The notes under the pieces were generated by a model. That model saw only the letters and a program-made list of their open reading frames with translations, had not been told where the DNA came from and did not search any database. From assembly GCA_046300175.1 (NCBI GenBank), contig JBKCMS010000067.1, positions 5,417 through 69,416 on the forward strand: a stretch of DNA of 64,000 nt, given 5' to 3'. The translations under genes were made by a program, and so were the position numbers. Within the stretch, counting starts at the first letter, position 1. Every line of letters begins with the position of its first letter. Origin of the DNA: Pseudomonadota bacterium (GTDB taxonomy: Bacteria; Bdellovibrionota_C; UBA2361; OMII01). Positions 40,201 to 46,833 of the stretch are shown here, in pieces.

Positions 40201-40858
40201 CTGACAAGCTGCGTTGTGATTCAGGATCAAAGCTTCGCATGCGGACTATAGTCTCGTTGAGTAGCTCGATGCGTATCGGCATCTGCTCCGCACTTGGAAA
40301 TAGATCGATCACCGCACCCTTTACAGACATCTCGCCCACTTCTTCTACTGACTTGGCATGGCGAAAGCCAGCGTCAAGAAGCCGAGAGATGAACTGCTCT
40401 CTGCCGATTAAATCGCCGAGTTTTGTCACGATACTGAGGGCACGAATGTCTTGGGGCGGGATAATCCGCTGCAGAAGCGTTTCCGCAGCTGCTACTACGA
40501 TACCAGTGTTAGAGCAAGTTAGAGTGTGCAGCGCTCGTATGCGCTCCGCTGACGTGTCTACCCCTGGGGATACCGGTTCTAGAGGCAGGGTATCCCAACT
40601 TGGGAGAAAGGTGACTGAGTCATTACCCAAGAAAAACCTAAGGTCGTCGCATACCTCTTCAGCAACTTTTCTGGATGGAGTTACGATAAGAGCTTTGGGT
40701 GCATCTCGGAGGATTGTTGAGATGTAATAGGATGCGGCAGAGCCGGGTACCCCGATCACTCTCTGAGGATTGAGCATGGCGGCGGCTTGTAGGTCAGTCG
40801 ACTCAGGTGGAGAAAGGTGCATGTCAGAATCTACGATAGGACAGCTATGGTAGGCCAC
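37271..40858 (-). CDS. mfd: transcription-repair coupling factor
   Basis: 1195 aa. Has a UvrB-homology N-terminus, a CarD-like RNAP-interacting domain (GDYLVHIDYGVGVYKG), helicase motifs GDVGFGKTEVA and IIDEEHRFG, and QLYQLRGRVGRG. Confidence 0.95.
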   Translation of the reverse strand: MAYHSCPIVDSDMHLSPPESTDLQAAAMLNPQRVIGVPGSAASYYISTILRDAPKALIVTPSRKVAEEVCDDLRFFLGNDSVTFLPSWDTLPLEPVSPGVDTSAERIRALHTLTCSNTGIVVAAAETLLQRIIPPQDIRALSIVTKLGDLIGREQFISRLLDAGFRHAKSVEEVGEMSVKGAVIDLFPSAEQMPIRIELLNETIVRMRSFDPESQRSLSDKESITILPVRELSLCLTEVYDPINSAHRIKERATQTGTHARIVEKVVLAMQQREDYPGIELIQFIAHPHLPGILDVVPSNVPICTIDSYQCQRAIDEFSHTARERALRLLEDQHLLPLADEIYLDHDTVVRELSVRTRCEISSIAGPDSPASSPRTLINLRAESVTELATQMRTQIGSGSAFAPLKAFLNQWRKKDFSVALTVGSLSRAQRLQSILLDLGTDAPIVTACGMGWIDSPRRSAVAIIVGHITSGFRIPSDKLCFLAENEVFGERSYRSGKAPRVSAKRILSTLSLLKDGDYLVHIDYGVGVYKGLKHLTVDGVLGDFLHIEYADSTLYLPAHQIGKIQKFVGAEGQAPVVDKLSSTRWARTKQKVRDSIVTLAGDLIRLYASRSVSKGWRFEPYGAEDERFSDAFPYDETPDQRKAIEETINDMAADKPMDRLVCGDVGFGKTEVAIRAAFKCTQHARQVALLVPTTILVEQHKKNFEERFAGYPVKVGAISRFYSTGENEQTLQAVAAGDIDIVIGTHRLLQHDVTFKDLGLLIIDEEHRFGVKQKERLRSYRANVDVLTLTATPIPRTLHMSLLDIRDISLIQTAPVDRRVVQTYVAERDDALVRDAILREIRRGGQAFYIHNRVQNIGVVAAHLAELVPEARFEFAHGQMPEATLERIMKRFVDREFDVLISTTIIESGLDVPNANTMIIDRADQFGLAQLYQLRGRVGRGKRQAYAYLIVPHLRSLTGEAHERLKVLQSLDTLGAGFNLAIRDLEIRGAGNLLGKEQSGSVLSVGFDMYCRILQEAVADLRGNEPLLEDTIDPEIRIVGVDAFIPETYVPDIGERLVLYQRLSNLRSDDEAFDIQSELEDRFGPYGDEVDNLLVIMRYRSLLRRHGIVKADVTPAKAAFSFSPIALLRDGHKPTHNTRVDGLRALELVQREPQLFQFGRSNTFTIIFDKRKETTLGQVYSLTESTLARISFRA

Positions 40859-40924
40859 ATCGCTTCGAAGTAAACCAGTTTAGGGAAGCGAGGCAAGCAG
40901 CCCATTAATCCCTTTTATCTTACG

Positions 40925-41947
40925 ATGGAGTGTCAAAAGGGTAAAGTAAAGATGCCAGAGCAGACGAGCAATTTCGAGTCACTTCTAGCGCTTGCGTGCG
41001 CCAAAGGGGCCTCAGACCTCCATTGGAGCTCAGGTGAATCGCCAGTGCTACGTATAGCGGGCTCTCTGGAGCGACTAAGTGATATTCGAGGCACTCCAAT
41101 TGATGAGCTTATAAATCAAATGGGTAAATATCTGCCGAGCCAGAGTATGTCTGAGAACGACTCATTTGGGGAGATCGATTGCGTATTTGAAATGGTGAAT
41201 CTAGGACGCTTTCGCCTGCACCTCTATCGTCACGTGCATGGCGTAGCTGCCGCTATCCGACTAATACCGCACACCGTTCCGGATATTGAGTCCCTTGGCC
41301 TCCCTACATTCATTCAGAGCCTAGCACAGCTTGATCGTGGTCTTGTACTGGTGACCGGCCCAACGGGCTCAGGAAAGTCAACAACTCTTGCAGCGCTGGT
41401 GGAGTTAATAAATAGACACCAGGCTAGTCATATTATTACTATCGAGGACCCGATTGAGTTTCTTCACTCTTCAAAACGAGCAGTGATACGGCAACGTGAG
41501 GTTGGTAAGCACACGGAGTCTTTTGCTTCCGCACTGCGGGCTGCACTGCGTGAGGATCCGGACGTTTTATTAGTTGGAGAGCTGCGCGATCTTGAGACAA
41601 TTCATTTGGCTCTGACGGCTGCGGAGACGGGTCACGTTGTGTTCGCGACTCTTCACGCAGCGGGGGCGGTTAAGACGATCGATCGAATCGTTGATGTCTT
41701 TCCAGCGGCGCAGCAGGCGCAGGTCCGCAGCATGCTCGCCGATAGCTTGCAGGCCGTTGTCAGCCAGAGTCTAATCACGACTCATGCAGGTAAGAGAGCG
41801 CCAAATGTAGAGATACTAAGAGCTACTCCAGCTGTGCGCGCCTTAATCCGCGAGGCAAAGACTCATCAGTTACCAGGAATCATGGAGGTGTCACGATCCG
41901 CTGGTATGTGTACCTTTGAAATGCATAGAAAAGAGCTTTGTTTCTGA
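40925..41947 (+). CDS. pilT: type IV pilus retraction ATPase PilT
   Basis: Walker A GPTGSGKSTT, IITIEDPIEF, Walker B LLVGELRD, His box GHVVFATLH. The start may be the internal ATG at 40952. Confidence 0.9.
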   Translation: MECQKGKVKMPEQTSNFESLLALACAKGASDLHWSSGESPVLRIAGSLERLSDIRGTPIDELINQMGKYLPSQSMSENDSFGEIDCVFEMVNLGRFRLHLYRHVHGVAAAIRLIPHTVPDIESLGLPTFIQSLAQLDRGLVLVTGPTGSGKSTTLAALVELINRHQASHIITIEDPIEFLHSSKRAVIRQREVGKHTESFASALRAALREDPDVLLVGELRDLETIHLALTAAETGHVVFATLHAAGAVKTIDRIVDVFPAAQQAQVRSMLADSLQAVVSQSLITTHAGKRAPNVEILRATPAVRALIREAKTHQLPGIMEVSRSAGMCTFEMHRKELCF

Positions 41948-41973
41948 TTCGGCTAATTCACTGAGTATAAACC

Positions 41974-42240
41974 CAGCCTCATTCATTTTTGGAAAAAATG
42001 AATGAGAATTGCTGGGCGAGCGCAATCTTGGCGTAGCCAAGTTACGCCGTAGAAGACAACAAATTCCTATGTGCTTAAGCGTGTGAAATTTTAATGTCAT
42101 CAGAGACTCTAGCTCTGGACGGTACTGCTTGATGTTAACAAAGAAGCTTGAGAATGGCGGCCTTGAAATCAGCAAATCGCTCATAGTACTTATTGTATAA
42201 GACGATTTTTTTCAAAAATTACTCGCGCAGAGTTTAGATC
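41974..42240 (-). mobile_element. IS630-like element remnant: both end modules plus the transposase 3' end only
   Basis: - 41977-42006: hairpin cctcattcattttt-gg-aaaaaatgaatgag.
- Then gctgggcgagcgcaatcttggcgtagccaag.
- Minus-strand remnant: ...FFVNIKQYRPELESLMTLKFHTLK.
- 42211-42238: tttttcaaaaattactcgcgcagagtttag. Confidence 0.6.
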
Positions 42241-42382
42241 AAATACTTACAGAAATGTAATTGCGCTTCCTAGTAATCGCAGATACAAATAACGATAGAT
42301 AAAACCAGATTATTACGTCAGTTAAACTAGATTGCCAGAGTTAAATGACTCGCAGGTGAAATCCTTTCTATCGAGAGATCTG

Positions 42383-43438
42383 ATGAAACAGATCAAAACA
42401 GCTATAATTGGCTTTGGATTATCAGGAAAGATTTTTCATGCTCGCATCCTACGTTCGCTTCCCCAATTCCACATCACTTCGGTAGTTAGCTCACGTGCCG
42501 CTGAGGTACAGGAGGAGCTACCGGAAGTTAGTGTGTTTTCTTCTGTTCAAGAAGTACTCACTGATAAGTCTATTGAATTAGTCATAATCGCCACCCCCAA
42601 TCAAGAGCACGCTCGCTTTGCTCTAGAAGCGCTGGCGGCTGGTAAGCACGTTGTAGTAGAGAAGCCTTTCGCGATTTCGAGCAGCGAAGCACGCCAGGTA
42701 GTTGAGAGTGCTGCAACTATGAAGGGAGTCTTATCAGTCTTTCACAACCGGAGGTGGGATAATGGATTCCTCACATTGAAGCGTGAGTTACTGGCCGGAA
42801 CACTTGGGAACATATTCCAGTATGAAGCGCATTTCGATCGTTTTCGTCCGCATGTAAATCATTCACGTTGGCGAGAGCAGGCAGGCGAAGGCTCTGGCAT
42901 ACTGTATGACCTAGGCTCGCATCTTATAGACCAAGCTCTTCATCTGTTTGGCCGCCCTCAGCATCTTTATTGCGAGATGCGCGCTCAGCGACGAGAAGCT
43001 GCGACAGACGACTGCTTTACCATTCTCCTTGATTACGGCTCTCTCCAGGTCACTTTGGGAGCTGGCAGCATCGTAGGTGTTCCGCGGCCCGTATTGCAAG
43101 TTCACGGGGATCGCGGCAGCTTTATAAAGTATGCGCTTGATCCCCAAGAAGAAGCGCTCAGAGCGAACAAGCATCCAGGGAATGTGGACGAAGTCTGGGG
43201 CCTCGATGGCGACTCGGCACAACTTCATCAGATCAACTCAGTAGGAGCCATGCGTCAAGTAGAGTGCGCTACTATACCAGGTGCATACCATGACTTCTAC
43301 CGAGGTATCTTTCAGGCAATAACAGAGGGAACCCCTGCACCGGTATCCCCGATCGACGGGCTGACAGTAATTGAATTGATAGAAGCTTGCGCGGCGAGTG
43401 CAAAGCAAGGATCTAGAATCACCCTTCGCAACCCGTAG
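42383..43438 (+). CDS. Gfo/Idh/MocA-family NAD(P)-dependent oxidoreductase
   Basis: Rossmann IKTAIIGFGLSGKIFH, VVVEKPFA (EKP motif). The ATG at 42383 is preferred over the upstream TTG of the ORF track. Confidence 0.85.
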   Translation: MKQIKTAIIGFGLSGKIFHARILRSLPQFHITSVVSSRAAEVQEELPEVSVFSSVQEVLTDKSIELVIIATPNQEHARFALEALAAGKHVVVEKPFAISSSEARQVVESAATMKGVLSVFHNRRWDNGFLTLKRELLAGTLGNIFQYEAHFDRFRPHVNHSRWREQAGEGSGILYDLGSHLIDQALHLFGRPQHLYCEMRAQRREAATDDCFTILLDYGSLQVTLGAGSIVGVPRPVLQVHGDRGSFIKYALDPQEEALRANKHPGNVDEVWGLDGDSAQLHQINSVGAMRQVECATIPGAYHDFYRGIFQAITEGTPAPVSPIDGLTVIELIEACAASAKQGSRITLRNP

Positions 43439-43746
43439 CCAGCACTCGGTTTGCCAAGAATGCTAGAAGTATCCTGTAACTAAAGTTATCAGTGAGCTCT
43501 ACCGCAGAAGTTTGAGAGGGTTAGATTTACATTAAGGGGGGAGCCGGTAATCTAGAGCGCCTGCCTGATGAGGAGGACAAGAAAGCAGGTGCTGAAATCG
43601 TCTTAACAAAATAGTAGCTGTAGCGACAGACTGACAGCAGCTTGCGCTAGTGCCAGATGCCAATCCATCCTCGGCATCTCACACCCATAAAAAAAATGGG
43701 GTCTCTCTCAATTAACGTCCTCAATTTGAAGGTAAAAGCTTTCCCC

Positions 43747-43775
43747 TCAACAAGAGGTTTAGGATGTGGTATAAT
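43747..43775 (+). promoter_or_regulatory. candidate sigma70 promoter with extended -10
   Basis: TCAACA (43747-52), 17-nt spacer, TGgTATAAT (TATAAT at 43770-75), about 115 nt upstream of the PRTase ATG. Sequence pattern only. Confidence 0.3.
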
Positions 43776-43890
43776 CATCTAAACCGTAGAGTAGTTAAGA
43801 TTTTTTCTTAAGTCTCGGTAGAAGAAAAGCGGTCTGTTTGTAATATGCAAGCCGGTAGGTCGCGTACGAAAAATATTTAAAGAGCTAGAA

Positions 43891-44376
43891 ATGGACGAAA
43901 CCACTAAGGCATCAATAGATCGGATAACAATACGCTTTGAGCGCCCGACGCGTTTGCCAGGTGGTCAATTTGCATCTATTTTTTATGATTGCTATCAACT
44001 CGCACCGAGTGAGTTAGCAAGGCTTGCAGCAGATGCGGTCGGCGACCTGGAGCACGATGCATTTGATATAGCAGTGGGCTTAGCCTACAGCGGAATAATG
44101 TATGCGGCGGCAGTCGCCGGCGGCCGTAAGGTAGCTATTCTTCAAAAAGATGGACAGATATTTGGTCCCGACCTTCGAGGTCGACGAGTAGTAATTGTGG
44201 ATGATGTCGTGCACACAGGTCGACACTTCATCGAAGCAGCCAAAAAAGTCGAACAAGAAGGCGGAGTAGTCGTTGGATTTGTATGTATTATTGATCGTTC
44301 ATCGGGTATGCTAAGGGGTCCACAATCGCCGTTATCTGCGCCGCTGTGGAGTGCTTTTGAGTCCGAAATGGGGTAG
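43891..44376 (+). CDS. type I phosphoribosyltransferase (orotate/purine PRT-like)
   Basis: PRPP-binding loop RVVIVDDVVHTGRH; about 160 aa. Confidence 0.7.
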   Translation: MDETTKASIDRITIRFERPTRLPGGQFASIFYDCYQLAPSELARLAADAVGDLEHDAFDIAVGLAYSGIMYAAAVAGGRKVAILQKDGQIFGPDLRGRRVVIVDDVVHTGRHFIEAAKKVEQEGGVVVGFVCIIDRSSGMLRGPQSPLSAPLWSAFESEMG

Positions 44377-44490
44377 GGCCCAGTTTGACCTCGCAAGCCT
44401 AGCTTCAATGTCGAGTAGCATACATTATTAATCTGCAAAAATTAGTGCCAGTGATAGTGTCGCGACTTTTGCTGTAAATTACGATAGATT

Positions 44491-44570
44491 ATTGTTTTGA
44501 TTCGCATTCGCGAATCGATAGCGTATGCCAATACCAGGGATTTTGCCCAGGGACTTTTTGGAGACGCTCT
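44491..44570. repeat. dispersed repeat family E, copy 2
   Basis: ttattgttttgattcgcattcgcgaatcgatagcgt... matches the reverse complement of 16861-16936 (ttgttgttttgattcgcatccgcgaatcgatagcgt...). Confidence 0.75.
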
Positions 44571-44584
44571 AGTAGAGGGGAATC

Positions 44585-45130
44585 ATGACTGGATCAAATC
44601 CATGGCGTAAGCTTTCGAGCCGTTTGATTTACGAAAATCCGTGGATTCGAGTCCGCGAAGACCAGGTAATAGCCCCATCAGGCACGCCGGGTGTTTACGG
44701 TGTTGTTGAGGCACGAGCCGCTGTTGGTATCGTAGCCTTTACTGAGAGTCGGGAACTTTACCTGGTAGGACAGTATAGATATCCGACAGAGTGTTACTCT
44801 TGGGAGATTCCTGAAGGCGCCGCAGAGGGGACTGAAACACCATACCAGGCAGCGATTCGCGAGTTGCGAGAGGAGACGGGGCTGACAGCAGCATCGATCG
44901 AGCAGTTGGGGGGAGAGATTCACCTTAGTAACTGCTTCACAGCTGAGCGTGCCTACCTGTTTTTGGCGAGAGGGTTAACCCCCGGAGCAACTGACTTTGA
45001 CCCTACGGAGCAGATCGTTCAGCGAAAAGTAGCGCTTGCAGAAGCTATCACCATGGCCACTAATGGAGATATTGTTGATGGCTTAACCCTGATTGCTATT
45101 CATCGACTAGCAAGGCTTATAGGGGAGTAG
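44585..45130 (+). CDS. NUDIX hydrolase (ADP-ribose pyrophosphatase-like)
   Basis: Nudix box GAAEGTETPYQAAIRELREETG. Confidence 0.85.
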   Translation: MTGSNPWRKLSSRLIYENPWIRVREDQVIAPSGTPGVYGVVEARAAVGIVAFTESRELYLVGQYRYPTECYSWEIPEGAAEGTETPYQAAIRELREETGLTAASIEQLGGEIHLSNCFTAERAYLFLARGLTPGATDFDPTEQIVQRKVALAEAITMATNGDIVDGLTLIAIHRLARLIGE

Positions 45131-45135
45131 GAGCT

Positions 45136-46518
45136 GTGAGTTTTTTAGGGACTAAGACATCCAGGGCTATCGTCAAGGAAGGTAGCCTAGATGCTGTCAA
45201 GATCGGAGCAGCAGAGACTTATTTTGGAGCCTTTGGAGTTTTTCTGGGTGGGACGCCTTTGTTGATCGGCGCTTTGGCTACAGTTCCTCCCTTAATCGGT
45301 GCTATGGCTCAAACCGTAGGTATGCAGCTGGCCGAACGCGTTAAAAGCCGTCGCAATGCGATCGTGCAGTGTATTCAAGTGCAGGCGCTGCTGTGCTTGC
45401 TCTTTGGGTGTGTGGCGCTTACGACCAGTAGCGGAACCCGGCCTCTATGGATATTGATAGCTCTCGTTTCGCTCTATCACGTTACGATTGGATTGATCGC
45501 CCCGCTGTGGAATAGCTTAATTGGCGATCTTGTCCCGCCGACGTCTCGCGGGGACTTCTTTGGATACCGTAACAAGTGGATGGCGATAGTAACCTTCGCG
45601 GGAGTTGTTGCCGCTGGGGAAACCATTCATTTTTTCGCAGGACAAGGATACGGAGCAATTGGATACGTTGGCATTTTTGCCTTGGCCGCGCTCAGCCGCT
45701 TTCTTTCAGGGCGATTTATGCGGGCAGTACCTGATGTAGCAATGCACATTCCTGATGGATCAAAGTTCTCGTTCTGGCAGTTCATCGTTCGTGCTCGACA
45801 ATCAAACTTTGTGCGTTTTGTATTATTTGTTTCGGCCATGAACTTTGCGACAGCGATTTCTGGGCCGTATTTCGCTATGTACATGCTTAATGATCTGCGA
45901 TTTTCGTATCGTGAGTACATGATTGTTGTTTCAGCCGTTGTTCTCGTGCAGTTCGCCGTGATGCGTTCGTGGGGTGCCCTGAGCGATCAATTCGGGAATC
46001 GGCAGATTATGCGCGTGTGTGGCGCGTTGGTATCTATAAATCCGCTGTTGTGGTTAATCTCCAGTAACTTTTGGTGGGTGATCCTCATTCAGCTTTACAG
46101 CGGACTTTTCTGGGCTGGATTTAATCTGGCCGCTGCTAACTTTGTGTTTGATGCAGTCACAGCGCCCAAGCGCGCCCGATGCTTTGCATATCAGTCTATA
46201 GTCAATGGTGTGCTGGTGTTTGTCGGATCAGCCATCGGCGGATACATCGCTAGCAACGTGTCAATTGCAGCAAACGCGCCGCTTGCTTTATTAGTTGCAG
46301 AGTCAAGTTTTTTAGTGCTCTTTGTCTCCTCTGGAGTGCTGCGGATAGCAGTGATGCTCTTCCTGTTTCCAGCTTTTGCTGAAGTTCGCAAGGTGCAGAG
46401 GGTGCGAGGCTATCAGCTACTTGTACGAGTCGTCTCTCTACGCCCATTGTGGGGCGCTACGTTTGGGGTGGTGTCTGATAAGAGACGAAAGGCTGATGGG
46501 GGAAATGACCTGGCTTAG
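45136..46518 (+). CDS. MFS transporter
   Basis: About 12 hydrophobic helices in two six-helix halves, with a basic loop between them. GTG start. Confidence 0.8.
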   Translation: MSFLGTKTSRAIVKEGSLDAVKIGAAETYFGAFGVFLGGTPLLIGALATVPPLIGAMAQTVGMQLAERVKSRRNAIVQCIQVQALLCLLFGCVALTTSSGTRPLWILIALVSLYHVTIGLIAPLWNSLIGDLVPPTSRGDFFGYRNKWMAIVTFAGVVAAGETIHFFAGQGYGAIGYVGIFALAALSRFLSGRFMRAVPDVAMHIPDGSKFSFWQFIVRARQSNFVRFVLFVSAMNFATAISGPYFAMYMLNDLRFSYREYMIVVSAVVLVQFAVMRSWGALSDQFGNRQIMRVCGALVSINPLLWLISSNFWWVILIQLYSGLFWAGFNLAAANFVFDAVTAPKRARCFAYQSIVNGVLVFVGSAIGGYIASNVSIAANAPLALLVAESSFLVLFVSSGVLRIAVMLFLFPAFAEVRKVQRVRGYQLLVRVVSLRPLWGATFGVVSDKRRKADGGNDLA

Positions 46519-46604
46519 GTCGATACGATCCCGCTCCTAAAAATTATCCTAAAAAGAGCAGTTAAGGTGGGGCAGAATGGAGTAGCTGGTTAAAAGCACA
46601 AAGG

Positions 46605-46792
46605 ATTTTGATATTTTCGGCGCGGAACCCTGGCACCGTCGGGGTGAGCGCCGAAAATTCAAAAGCCGTAGTGATTTTAGCCAGATGCGCCATTCTGAAA
46701 CCCGCAACTGCTCTTTTTAGGATTCTTGTTAAATTCGCCCCCGGGCCCGAAGATTCACATTCTCGGCACTCTCGCGACGCAGTTTCATGAAA
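46605..46792 (-). repeat. dispersed repeat family D, copy 2 (longer, inverted)
   Basis: Its reverse complement begins tttcatgaaactgcgtcgcgagagtgccgagaatgtgaatcttcgggcccgggggcgaatt. This is nearly identical to 12361-12425. Confidence 0.85.
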
Positions 46793-46833
46793 TTAAACCT
46801 GGGCGAGTGATTTTTTAAAATCACTCATATAGG

